NCBI GenBank assembly: GCA_010093995.1
Contig: ML992503.1
Coordinates: 1,863,328 to 1,927,327, forward strand
Reading direction: 5' to 3'
Length of the DNA stretch: 64,000 bases
From: Elsinoe ampelina
Lineage: Eukaryota
Shown: positions 1 to 12,429 of the stretch, piece after piece
Layout of the letters: each line of letters starts with the position of its first letter
How positions within the stretch are numbered: position 1 is the stretch's first letter
Position numbers and translations under genes: made by a program
The notes under the pieces: generated by a model
Databases searched by the model: none
What the model was told of the DNA's origin: nothing
Seen by the model: only the letters and a program-made list of their open reading frames with translations

Positions 1-790
1 CTTTAACCTTAAGCTAAATAGCTATATTAGATAGAGTAAATCTGTTTTTTAAGGCTCGAAGGATAGCCTATAGGTAAGAATCTCCTTCTAGTTAGATAAT
101 AGTAAGAACTTATAGTATAATTAATAACTAAATAAGGCTAGCTAAATTAGCTAAGGCCTTATATTATTTGTCGTATTATACTTATTCCTCCTTATATATC
201 TAGAAGAGTACTAAGAAGTTAATATTTACTACTTCTAGCCTTTAAGGCTTAGGGAGCCTATCTAGTTTAATAGTCTTCTAGGGATTAATAAGGTTCTATA
301 TCTTAGTATTTAATGCTCTTATCTTAATAATATATAGCTAGCTAGCCTATTTAGCTAATATAGTAAGAATAATAGGTATTCTAGCTATTAAAGTGTTAGT
401 ATCTATAGCTTTGTTAATCTCTTTGTTAATACCTAAATCCTATAGTTATAATTAAGACAGTTCTTAATAGATTCTAATGCTTAAAAAGCAAGATAATAGA
501 GGATTAACTAATAGATAGAGTAGGAAAGTAACTAAGTAATCTACTTATGTAGGGGTAGTTATACCGGGCTTATAACTATTGACTTATATAGGGAGGAAAA
601 AGGATTAATTACTACCTAATCTACTAAACTAAGGTAGATTATAACTACATAAATACTTAACCTAATAAACTAAGAGATAACTAAATCAATAGAACTCCTA
701 AATAACAACAGATTAAGACAATAACCATCTAATCTAATTATAAATTAGTAGAGTGGTAGATAAGTATTCAGTTCCACCAGGGGATAAACT
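1..790. mobile_element. RIP-degenerated repeat/transposon relic (AT-rich, continues off the window)
   Basis: Very AT-rich with abundant TpA (TAG/TAA/CTA) and scarce CpA/TpG, no ORF >=60 aa, and an abrupt change to normal GC at ~770-800. This is the typical fungal RIP signature. The element class is not recognisable. Confidence 0.85.
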
Positions 791-1140
791 GAATCAGGGT
801 CCTTCTTGGCGCTCTAGCTTATACCTCGGTTGACATCCACTTCTTACTGGCATCACCGTGACTTTTCTCCAAAGTTCGCGCCGCTCTTGCCCCAACACAC
901 TACAACCACTCGTGACTTGTATTACCAAATATATATGTTCTGGACCGATTCTTGCCCCCGGCGTGTGGGCTGCCATAAACGGTCAACTGTGTCGCGATCA
1001 CAGATGCGGCGCCGCGAGGCTGCCTCAGCTTGCTGCCTCAGGCACTGAGATACTTGAAGGCTAATATTAATTCTGATGCCGTACCGCTTCTATACATCCT
1101 CACCCTCACTTTCGACGATCAACTTTAGCAGAGGCTCCCA

Positions 1141-2244
1141 ATGAAGGCTTCTGCAGCACTTTGTAGAGCCCGAATGTCATTCGGCATTTGTCAGCAGCAC
1201 GCGAACATGTCTCTTCGAGCATCGCATCGTTCTACGACGTCTATCCTCCATGATCAGCCGCCGGAAGTCCGCAATCAGATCTTTCACCAAGCGCTCGTTT
1301 CACCCCGGCCAATAGTAGTGTGGTCAGCCACGCCGCCGGAGACACAAGGAGAGAAATGGACGCCCGACGTAGAAGGTCCAAAACGAAGCCTCGAAGGACT
1401 ATGCGTGAACCTCTTGCAGTCTGATTCAAAAATTTCAAAAGAGGCGGCGGCGGTATTCTACGGGCAGAACACCTTTATCTTCGGAACAGCCCACGAGTGG
1501 CGTCCGATCACCACTTGGCTCCGGGCTATTGGCGAAAGTAGACGGTTCATCACCAAAATGCAGCTCAAATTCCGTGGCGTGTCGCGAGCATACCAGCACA
1601 AGGATGGCTTGCGAGAAGGATTTGAGGACGAATTCACAGAGGTAGTCCGTCCCCGACACCCGTTGTTGATCCAACCTCCTAGACAGACAGAGTGGAAACA
1701 AGGCGAGGTGGACGTTGTCGATCCCGAAATCGAAGAAATATTCTCCTTGTTGGCGTACAAGGAAAGTGGCACTCTGACGAATACGATCACACCAGTGACT
1801 ATCGACATCATCAATGTTAGCGGGTGCCACCCAGGAGCATACGAGGATCCGGAGAATGAGTACCAGATGATGGACCAACTGCATCTCAGCATGGACCTGC
1901 CCAATCTAATAGAAACCTGGCGGGCCCAGTACTCTCATCCGAACAGACCTATCGATGTAATATGGCGATCCTGGGGACCGAAGTGGCAATTTGATCTGTT
2001 GGAACCTCAACTAGTAGAAGCGGGATGGGACATCATACAGCATGGTTACACCGAAGGAACGCAAGAGTACGACTCGAATAGCGTCGTGATGGAAGACCAA
2101 TCGGACAGACAAGTGGAGTGGTCTATGCGGCGTAGACCACTGCAAGGACCCATCTTCGCTTCGCCGCCAAACCCAGGCGGATGGGGGACTCCCATGTCCA
2201 GGGACATGATCACCACGCCGGATGGGAACCCAATCAAGATGTAA
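1141..2244 (+). CDS. Hypothetical protein with N-terminal F-box-like motif (LHDQPPEVRNQIF); true start may be 1207
   Basis: Intronless 367-aa ORF. The motifs 'L..PPEVRNQIF..AL' and 'EAAAVFYGQNTF' are typical of a large family of fungal hypothetical proteins. Confidence 0.7.
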   Translation: MKASAALCRARMSFGICQQHANMSLRASHRSTTSILHDQPPEVRNQIFHQALVSPRPIVVWSATPPETQGEKWTPDVEGPKRSLEGLCVNLLQSDSKISKEAAAVFYGQNTFIFGTAHEWRPITTWLRAIGESRRFITKMQLKFRGVSRAYQHKDGLREGFEDEFTEVVRPRHPLLIQPPRQTEWKQGEVDVVDPEIEEIFSLLAYKESGTLTNTITPVTIDIINVSGCHPGAYEDPENEYQMMDQLHLSMDLPNLIETWRAQYSHPNRPIDVIWRSWGPKWQFDLLEPQLVEAGWDIIQHGYTEGTQEYDSNSVVMEDQSDRQVEWSMRRRPLQGPIFASPPNPGGWGTPMSRDMITTPDGNPIKM

Positions 2245-2360
2245 GGCCAGCAAGTAGATCCACAAGAGAAGAGACCCGGACAATGGTCGCCAGACTGTAG
2301 CTCTACGACCACGCACGAATCCAAAAGGCCGATCAACGAATATATTTACAAGAGATATCC

Positions 2361-5300
2361 CTACCCAAGCGTCACCAAATCCCTCACCCCCCTCACCGTC
2401 AACGAAATCGGCACACACCCCTCCACCACGCCCCCAGTGACAACATGCTGCAACCCCTCTTCCTGCAAGAAGAACAAATCATCCACATCCCCCCTCACCA
2501 ACAGCACCTTGAACCCTCCCCCGCCATTATACACACAGACCACCGGCAAGAAAAACTCCTCCACCGTGTTCACAGCCGTCAACACGGTGGTCCCATTATA
2601 CCCCATCGGCACCCACGACACCATCCTCGCCCCCCTCGGCACGGCGTTCATAGGCGCCAGACGAAGCCGCGACGCCCCGTAAGCATCCATCAGATCAGGG
2701 AAGTAGAGAAATATCCGATCCGAGGTGTCGAAGGTGACGAAGCCGGCGTCGAGCACGAAGTTCGCCGGCGGGTCGGACGGGGTGTAGTTCGCCGTCAAGT
2801 ACAGGTTCCCGTCTGCGCCGGGGCTGAGGAGGAATTTCCCCGTCACGTCGGTGATGGGGATGTTCCGGGGTGCTTCATCGCGACGACGCAACGGCGCCGG
2901 GGGACGATTCGTCGGCGGGTCGAGGGAGCGTTTCTGCTTCGGCGCAGTGAGCAGCACGGCCGAGTCGACGGTGAAATCGTACGTGCTTGAATCCGTCTTC
3001 GCCGAGGCGCGCGTCTGCGTCTTGAGCGCGCACCACGGCGCCGAGGCGTAGCGGCCCCCGTGGACCCACGAGACGCCGGCGCAGCCGCTTTCGGCGTCGC
3101 AGAGCTGTTGGCAGGCGAGGAAGGAGGGGGTGGAAAAGTCGTGCCGGAGGTCGTCGCCGCGGTAGTCGATGCCGCATTCGATGCGGTAGGCGCCGCCGGT
3201 TTGGGGCTGGAAGACGGTGGCGTTGGCGGTGGGGCAGTCGGTGAAGGAGCGGGAGGGGCGGGCGGCGAGGACGGTGAGGCCCGAGGGGGCGACGGCGCCG
3301 GCGTCGTAGGAGGATTTGAGGTAGCAGTATTGTGCTGCCTGGCCTGCGGGGACCCAGATGACGACGCGGCAGTCGAAGCCCCAGTCGCTGCAGGCGTTGA
3401 CGCAGGCGGTCATGTTGGGTGTTGTGAGGACTTTCAGGAGTGGGCCGGAGTAGTCGGTTTGGCAGTCGACGTTCCATTGTCGCTTGTCCGTAGTGGTGTA
3501 GTTGCTGCCACAAGTCAAGACCGTAGGGCTCGGTATGGATGAACTGCTTGTGGTGCTTGTAGTACTTGTGGTGCTTGTAGTGCTTGTGGTACTTGTAGTG
3601 CTTGTGGTGCCTGTAGTGCTTGTAGTGCTTGTGGTACTCGTCATTGTTGTGTCTATCGTCGTCATTGATAGCGTTGTCGTCGACGATGTTATGGACGTTG
3701 TCTCCGTGTTGGTCGTGGTCTCGGATGTTGATGTTGCAGTCGACCTTGATGCCGTGCTAGTCATTGGAGCAGTCATGGTTGCCGCAATGGTTGAAGTCGT
3801 TGACGAGGCTATGGAGGCCGTCGTGGTTGTCGTGGTTGTGGTTGTCGCTCTAGTACTACTTGTCGTCGTCGTCGTTCGCACTATTGACAGGGTAGTGGTG
3901 GCTCTCTTGGTTGTCTTGAAGATGTTAGGAAGTACAATCTTTCTTTTGGTCGTTGTAGGTTCCGGAGCTGGCAAGCCAGGGTTGGTCGAGTCCTTCCCAC
4001 CAATGCAGCCACTGATCAGAGTCTTCTCCCAATGCCACAACACGACCTGCTTGATGTTGAAGTAATCGGCCAGCGAGTCCATATAAGGACCTACTCCGTA
4101 CGTGACACCGCCAGCGCACTCGGAATTCTTCTTGGTACCATCCGTGGAGACATCCAAGATGGTATATGCAAATCGAGCTTGCACTCCAGGTGAGAAAGTC
4201 AGGGATGCCTGCTTCTCGATGAGTCCGGCGAACATGGAAATGCCAAAAGCTAGTTCGACTGGTAGACCGAATTGAAGCTCGAGAAAGATTTCGGCATAAG
4301 CTTCTATTTTCTTGTCCAATCTGGGAGTCCAGCCATAGGAATATGAGCTGTCTGGGTTCAGGAGATCTACGTATGTCCGAGCCTTTGGAAAGCCTGTGGG
4401 ATGTCAGATGACCTATATCAGTGAACAGGTAGAGTACTTACCCCACGAGAACCCTGCCAATGCCTGTCCCTGGATACCAATCGCTACCTGACCTCTGACA
4501 TTGACACTGAATTCAGGACCGATGGTCCCAATACCGGGAATGGAGCAGGATGGCAGGCCAGCGCTGAAGACCTTGTAATTCTTCGTGTACTCGAGCTTGG
4601 CGAATGCGTTGACGCCAAGATACATGCTGACATTCAGTCTGCCTCCCATTTCAAAGGTGGCTTTTTTGAGCCCTTCGGCTTTACTGTAAGCCACGTTGGC
4701 GGTAAAGTCGAAATGAGATTTGATACCGCAGTCGACGCAGTAGACCTGTACACCGACTACGACCTCTGTACTGCTCTTCGTCTTGCCTTCTAGCTTCTTG
4801 TTGTCGGCCTCAGCCTCTGTCTTGGTCTTTGAATCTGTCGGTCCCCATGCAAAGATCAAGAACTGGCGACCCCATGGAGACACTGCTGTTCCCGGAAGCA
4901 TGTATGTCATGTCAAAGTCAATCCCATGTTTGCCGTCCTGGCTAGCAGGGGCATTCGCTACAGCAGATGCTTGGTTGTAGGACTGTTTGACGCTACTTGG
5001 GACAGCCTTGGAAGCAGTGTCTTTCACAGCATTTGTAGTCGTCCCGATAGGGTCTTGAACGAAGCTGACGAAGCCACCCCAGCCTCGTGCGAGCAGTCGC
5101 TTCTTTGATTGGGACAGGGTCGGAGCGATCTGTCCATACAGATCAGGTAAGTCGTCCTCTCCACTGGGATAGTATCCTAGCTTATCGTCCAGTGTCTTAT
5201 CGAAAGAAGGCCCGCATGGTGCTGTTGGGAAAGACAACGTGGCGTTCGCGGGCAGATCTGCGCAGGCAGGAATAGCCAAGGTGGTGTTTGCACCAGCATC

Positions 5301-6473
5301 GCCAAAGCTCATAACTACTTCATCTATGACGTCGACCATTCCTTTGATAGAACCAGAAGCCTGGACTGTCATGCTAGAGTCGCTGAACGTGAAACCCGTG
5401 GTGAGAAATGGTGAGCTCTCGTCTGAAGCTCCGCAAGATGGGGCTGACGTCAGGAGAATGACTTGGGTATTTGATCTCCAGGCGCTTTTGGCATATTGGT
5501 ATGCTTTGTCAGAGTTGTACTGGATTGACATGACTGAGCCGGCGCACGTCACTGAGGAGATATAGACTGTGTGATCCAGCGCTACGGACTGATACAAGAA
5601 CGCAGCAGAGACAGCTGCTACTGTCGTATTTGCGTCATCGCCAGCTTTTCCTGCGAAGAAGAGAGATTGATTCTGTGTTGGTGAGAGATTGTCTAGGCTG
5701 GTGAGGTCCAGGCCCGGGGGTGGCATGGCTGCAAGAGTCGCTGTAGGTGCAGGTTCTCCGGTGACTGGCGTGGGCGTCTGATAGTTGCCTTGAAATTCCA
5801 CAGGGGTACTGGTGGAGGCTTCTTCTGTTGTGGATGTCGAAGTCGAAGTGAAGACCCCATCGCGGATTGTTACTGATAAGCTCGACGGCAATATCGTTAC
5901 TTGTGACGATATTATGCCGCTTGAGACCTGTCGTCTACTTGTTCTGGTGGCGGAAGTGCTCCTCGAGGGCGAAGTTGTGATACTGGTCCTAGGACTGACG
6001 ATAGCTGGATTTGCTACCACCTTCTTGCACACCTGCGTAAGTTGTTTGGCTCCAAGATTATAAATGGGACTGTCTCCTCTTTTCTTCCTGGTCCAGAAAT
6101 GACAGAATGTGACTGGATCTGCAACAGACTTCTGCAGTGTGGTCAGGCCTCTCACTGCACTCTGGCCCGTGGGTCTCGTGATGATCTTTGTTTTGGTAGG
6201 ACCTAATAAGCTGGGCTTAGTGTTGATGCATCTGCAGGCCTTCACGATGTCGGCTGCAGCGATTCCTTTGAAAGGACTGTTCCGTCGACTGTTAGAGTTG
6301 TACCACTTGCAGAAATCGCCTGGTGCGCCGACAGTCTGGCGCAGGGTGAGAATTGTAGCATCTTGTGGTTGGCATGCTACCTTGGAAGTAAGCTTTGCCG
6401 CTGAAGTAATATCTATAACGAAGAGAAGTAGGAGCAACCATACCCACTGGATGTGGCCTTTGGTGACTTCCAT
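2361..6473 (-). CDS. Large secreted multidomain protein (~1354 aa): signal peptide, duplicated Cys module, Ser/Thr linkers, two apple/PAN-like domains
   Basis: Two ORFs join in frame via intron 4394-4441 (GTAAGT...CTGAC...CAG): 2032+2033 nt = 1355 codons. Hydrophobic N-terminus. Two C..DY.G...C...C....C..V.W...C.LK apple-type repeats. Confidence 0.85.
3545..3640. repeat. Coding 9-bp tandem repeat (about 10 imperfect units, encodes (TST)n on the minus strand)
   Basis: Units such as GTGCTTGTA/GTGCTTGTG/GTACTTGTG are repeated. Confidence 0.9.
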
Positions 6474-7590
6474 GATATTGGCAAGCTACAAAGAAAATCC
6501 TCTATGTAACTCACCAGGATCAATCGACTTGTATAGTGCTGCAGAGCCATCTCTTGCTCAACAACATGATTGGCCATACGAGCTGCAGCGTTGAACGGCC
6601 GTTGGGAGAGAATTGAAACCGATGTATTTCACGAGGAGAAGTTCTGCGATTGGAAATGCTCATGTCCGAACGTGTTCGCCACCAGTCGTTACTCCAGCCG
6701 TGTGACGAAGTGCGAGATCGAGATACCAAGGTCCTCTGCGGCGACGTGACCTGTCTGGATAGAAGCCTGTAGTGTTGATGGCAGGAATCTTGGTTTCCAT
6801 TCTGCCAGCTCCCCATCCATGGACGAGCTTCAGGATACCTCAGACCTGTGAAGCGGCCTGTTGATATCATCAGAACGGACGGCTTGCTGCCAGCACAGTC
6901 ACACTGGCAATGTCAGCCGAGCGCGTGCTTCTCGATGCGTCTAGAAACGCTTGTTCTCATCAAGAGAAACTGTCAGTTGTGCAAGACCGGTGATGGATTG
7001 TGATGAACCAAAACGGCCCAACGAGGTCGCCGTGGGCGAAAAGCTTGGCGGAAGGGCTTGACCGGCAGCGTCAATTTCATCGCAATCGGTCCTTTTTCCT
7101 TGACAACAACTTGGATTCGTGCATCTGGCAACTCTGATCAATAAGCCCTCCCATCTTTGCATTCGTTCGACCCCGCTTTGGACAGTTTGTAAGCCATGCG
7201 GCACTTCGGCACGCGCTATACCAGTATTACCATGTTATTTCGCTGAATAGTGAAAAGTCCAGCCTGTGTCTGGCGAGCATGTCTCGTCATCTCGACGACA
7301 TGGCACAAGTCGCCGCTACTTCAACTATTCATCCGTCCAATCATCTGTTGCAGAAGCAGCATTGTATTCAAGTAGCCCCTCGTTCATCGGCAGACATCTG
7401 GGGTCGGCATGCAGGTACCGCCATGCTGGAATGACACTGTCGACCTAGGTGGCCTACGGACTGACATCAACACCACCTTTTGTCCGTGAACCCATGCTTT
7501 TGCAAAGAAGCAATACCCCGCTTGATCATCTATAAGTCTGCGAGTACCGTACCGCCCGAGCGCAAGGTAGGTCGTCTACAAGCCTTTGCC

Positions 7591-9386
7591 ATGGCCATCT
7601 TGAGGCCTCTTTTCTTGTCCGTCGCCGCTTTGGCAGGCCTAGTCACTGGTCAAAATACCTCAGAACCCATCGTTGATCTCGGATATGGACAATTCCGCGG
7701 AACAGTGAACAACACCGTCCGCACTACCACCTACTTTGGTCTTCGCTATGCACAGCCTCCAGTGGGGGAGCTGAGATTTCGCGCTCCACGACCAATCGAG
7801 AGGAGCAATTACTACAACGCTGGCAATGTCACCGATGCCACTCGTCTGGGCCCTCAGTGTATTCAAGGTAATCACCGCGCGCGTCCTTGTTGCCACCAGT
7901 CTAACGTTGTGCTAGGCACCCCAGGCTTTAGCCTCAGTAACTCGACGCCCACCATTCAGCCTGGCATTGAAGACTGTTTGCTCCTTGACGTTCTCGTCCC
8001 AAATTCCCCTGTCTCATCGAGCCTGCCTGTGCTCGTTCAAATACATGGAGGAGGATACGCTCTCGGCTCTGCAGAGACATACCCGGGATACGCACTGGTC
8101 AATCAATCTCAAGCCATCATTTACGTCACCATCCAGTACCGACTGAACGCCTTTGGCTTCTTGAGCAGTGTGGAGGTCCGTGAGAACGGGGACGCCAATG
8201 CGGGCCTACTTGACCAACGTGCCGCTCTCAATTGGGTCGAGCGCAACATTCGGGCGTTCGGTGGTGATCCAACCAAGATTACTATCATCGGAGGCAGTGC
8301 GGGAGGCGGCAGTGTAATGAACCAGATGATTCTCTACGGTGGTGACGATAGTCCACCCTTTCGAGCCGCCATCTCCGAGTATCCTTGGTGTAAGTCCTAT
8401 TGAACGACAAAGATGTTCTGCCACTGACTTTCGACAGGGCAGCCATACCACAATGACACAATTCTTGGTGACCAATATCGTCAGGTTTTGACTGCATCCA
8501 ACTGCACAGACCTCAACTGTCTTCGGTCCATCTCCTCTGACGATCTCAATGCAGCCTCGCAAGCAGCGCTGAGAGTAGGCTACACCTCGAATCCCAAGTA
8601 TTACGGCTATGGCGACTTCTACTACGGCCCCGCAGTGGACGGAGATGCCATTCGCGATCTCCCTTCGAACGAGTTCAAGCTCGGTCACTTCACCAAGGTC
8701 CCACTGCTGGTCGACCATGACGGCTACGAAGGTACATTCCATCCCCATCCCACTCTGACCAACCTAACCCTCCCAGGCGTGACCTTTTCCAACCGCTCCG
8801 TCACCAGCGAAGCCGAAGCCGAGATCGATCTGCAATCCCTCTTCCCCTACGCCAAACCCTCCTTCTTCACCCGCCTCTTCGACCTCTACCCCTCCTCCGC
8901 CTTCAACAGCACCTTCTTCCAACGCCAACAACTCTTCGGCGACTTCATCATCAGTACGCCCCCTCCCCTCCCCTCCCCTCCCTCCCTCCCCACTAACCTC
9001 CACCCTCCCCAGACTGCCCAACCTACTACATGTCCACCGCCACCTCGGACCTCTCCATCCCCACCTGGAAACTCACCTTCAACGCGGGCACCCAACTCCA
9101 CGGCGCCACCGTCCCGTTCCTATTCAGCACCAACGCCTCGGCCATCAACAACGCCACGTTGGCGTACATCATGAAGGATTGGTTCACGAGTTTCACGGTG
9201 CACCTCGATCCGAACGCCGAGAGCTGGACGGGGGAGAGGAAGCCGTATTGGCCTCGGTATCAGGAGGTGGTGGATGAGTACAGGGTTATGAGTGTGAATT
9301 ATACGGAGGTGGGAGCGGTGGCGGATGCAGATGCGTCGGCGCAGTGTGATTTTTTCCATGGGCAGAGTTATGTTGTTAGGAATTAA
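7591..9386 (+). CDS. Secreted type-B carboxylesterase/lipase (alpha/beta hydrolase)
   Basis: Signal peptide, motifs EDCLLLDV, IHGGG, GGSAG (nucleophile Ser), DGYEG and LHGA. Introns 7868-7915, 8390-8437, 8732-8776 and 8954-9012 restore the frame. Confidence 0.92.
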
Positions 9387-9982
9387 TGTGGGGATGTTGG
9401 GGTGGGTGTGGTCGAGGAGGGACAGGAATTGTGAGCCGGTTGTGGTCGGCGCGCCAGCGAGTGGCAGAGGTGAGGTGGTTGCCAAGCTGGAATGAGGGTG
9501 TGGGATAGGCGCCAGACCACAATGAAATTAGATGTACCCAGATGGGAATGTGCTGAACGGAAGCGGAAAGTGATCGTGGACCGGCGTGTTTCGTTATAGG
9601 GATACGGTGCAGGGTCGGGAGACGAGTGTGCAAGTGTGTTTCACCAATATCAGACCCTGCATGATGAGTGAGATTTGACCGGGTCTGGCGGCTCCATGGA
9701 CCTCGGGTAATGAGTAAGAAAGTGATGGTACGAGAGCAGAATTAGGCGTTGGCACTGCTGGATGGGTGGTCTTGCACCACGAGCTGAGGCGTCATGACTG
9801 GCATGACATTGCGAAGACATACATTGTAGGTAGGTAACATTTGTCCATTTGAAGGAAGGTGGATATCGAGTACAGACATTAATTATGCTTGCTCAAACGC
9901 ACAATCGCAGACACTTTTTTAACCATGCTCCCTATCATATGTACTCTCGTACAATATGAGGTGGAGTATCCCTTTCCCTCAT

Positions 9983-10959
9983 CTAGTGCGGACCTTCGTT
10001 CTCGTTGTCACCACCTGGCGCGGTAGGAGGGATCAAGACACGGTTGATCACGTGAACAACACCAGTCTTGACCAGGACATCGCGCTGAACAACGCGAGAC
10101 CTGTTAATAAAGATGACAGGACCGAGAAGAGTAACGCGGACGTTGGCTCCGTTGACAGTGGGAATGCGTTGACCTGGTCGGAGGATGGTGGAGTAACCGA
10201 CGGTTCCATTCACGACGTGGTAGGTGAGGACGGAGGCGAGAGCATCACCGGTTGGTACCTCAGGAAGAGCGGCAAAGGCCTCGTTGGTTGGAGCGAAGAC
10301 AGTAGCGTCAGGCAAGGTGTTGACGGTGTTGAGGAGGTTGGTAGAGACGAGGGCACCAGCGAGGGTCGTCAGGTTGGCAGCAGTGGCGGTGGTAGCGATG
10401 TCAGCGGGAATGGTGAGGACCTTGTCGATGATGTGGACGATGCCACCGTTGTCGAACTTGACATCCTAAGATGGGTCAGTATAATGTTGCGAGGTAGTCA
10501 GCGAGTTCAACTAACAGCAGTAACAACACGAGACTCGGCACCACCTCCAGAGGTGATGGTGACACGGCGACCAAAGCGCTGAGCCTTGACGACCTGTCCG
10601 CCAGTGACCAGGGAGAAGGAGGTGTTGGTCAAGAGAGTGGGAGCGAAGACACCACGCTTTGGGATTGCCTTGGCTGGAACCCGGGATGGAAGGACGTGGT
10701 ACTGAAGGACAGCCTTGATGGTGTCTGGCTGGTTGCCGAGGTCTGGCTGAGCAGCGAGAAGCTCCGCGAAGGCGTCGTTGGTAGGAGCAAAGACGGTAAT
10801 GTTGGGAGTGGTCGTCAACGCCTGAACAATGTCTGGATAGTTGTCGACTAGGTCCAGCAGAGTGGAGAGGTTGGGTGTGGCCTGGAGTAGCTCGACAATA
10901 GACTGGGCACTGGCGACTGCCGAAAAGGCGAGTGCCGTGACGAAGCTCTTGATCATCAT
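9983..10959 (-). CDS. Secreted fasciclin (two FAS1 domains)
   Basis: Signal peptide; two copies of TVFAPTN.AF...L.YHV...G.VH.I.RVL. Intron 10466-10515. Confidence 0.93.
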
Positions 10960-12429
10960 CTTGGGAGGTGGTGCCTGGATGTGCCTGGTGTTGCAAAGTG
11001 TTTCTGGCGGTGCAGGGCGGAAGGTCGTAGGTCATGCGTTGCCTCTTATACACAAAGTATTGCTGTGCCTCCGCAACGGGTTCCTCATTTGGCCCCTGTC
11101 AATCGCCATGATGCTGTGCAGTCGACAACCCTCATGGTCATTCCGCATTCAGCCATTTGTCAACAAAATATGGCGCTCCTGCAATCTGTCGATATTGCAG
11201 ACGCCGGAAGCGCAGTGATGGTGGTACATGATGATCGTGGAGGCAGATCGAGCACTGTTGTCTCTTGCCCTACCGAGGATGGCTCGAGATTAAGATGGGA
11301 AGATCCTTACCGTGTAATAAACACATGGCGTTCTTGTGGAACCTTACGGACCGACTTCCGGGCAAACCTGTGCTCTGTGCTGGGATCGATCGTGGTTGTC
11401 ATGAACGCATGTCGTGACTGTATGACAAGTCTCTACTCGAGCATGCTAGTAACCCGAGGCAGCCTGGTTGGGCGAATGACCGCAAACAGATGGCATTTAG
11501 CATTGTGTAGAATCCAATTGATCCTCGGGTCGAAGCAACATGTCGTCTGTCCTGCAGGAAGGCGTGGCTTGTCGTGCTGGGGTGACGTAGAGTAAGTGAC
11601 CAACCAGGAAGTCGACAAGAAGTCGCTCATTGGCGATGGGTAGATTGAAAGTGATTGCTGATCTCATTTCAGGGTCTTGGTAATGGGTTCATGTCCAGGA
11701 ACGGATGATGGGGAACAAGGTTGTCCAGGCTTAGCCATGCCCTATCCTGAATGGCACCGAGGAATGGGCCGTGACCCCGTCATTTCGTGTCTGCTCTGTC
11801 GACAGACTCTGAATGCTGACAATTGATGAAGAACGAGTCATGGCGATTATAGTCATGACATCTAAACGAGTGTTTGTCGCGCAGAAAAGATCGATCGAGG
11901 TCGACGTAAAGGACCCTTTGCCGCGCTCCCACCAGACGTCGTTAATCGGATCAGCTTGTGAGAACAGCCGCAAAGAACGTGTTCATTTCCCCGCTGAATT
12001 CTCTGCTGGCGTCCTGCAATAATGACAGCGGGGTTGTCTGCAAGGCACAGCCATCGTTCGGATGATCTCTTTGACGACATGCGAGGATGACGATGGAAGC
12101 ACGGCGAACGCGAACCGTCTGTAGATTGGCCAATTCGATTTGACGTTGACGCTCTCTCTTTACGTAAAAGATGGACACGATGGAGACTGCAACCCACGTG
12201 GTCTCGCATTCAAAGAGACTCTGATGAAATGACACTAGGTTGGGTATTGAATGGCTCGCCATGCATGCCCAGCCGAAGCATGCTTCGCCAGTCTGATGCT
12301 GACTTGCATCTTGCCAAAGTCATGCAACGCGCAAAAGCAAAACCTGATCGCAGCAGGTCGTACACCCATCACGCAATGTAACAATCTCGGTGTCTGCTTT
12401 ACACTGTCCAGTGATCAGGTCCGATTGGC

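Noticed and set aside
766..817. Helitron 3' end (hairpin plus CTAG at 814-817)
   Set aside because: The hairpin is AT-rich, the CTAG is ~20 nt away and is followed by C rather than T, which is insufficient.
3545..3640. CRISPR-like repeat array
   Set aside because: Spacerless 9-bp coding repeat in a eukaryotic gene.
10100..11040. G-rich + strand over the fasciclin gene as another skew domain
   Set aside because: There is no polarity switch; C-ending codon bias of a minus-strand gene explains it.
11060..12420. Short overlapping ORFs between the fasciclin and LAD genes
   Set aside because: No motif, splice pattern or codon bias supports a gene.
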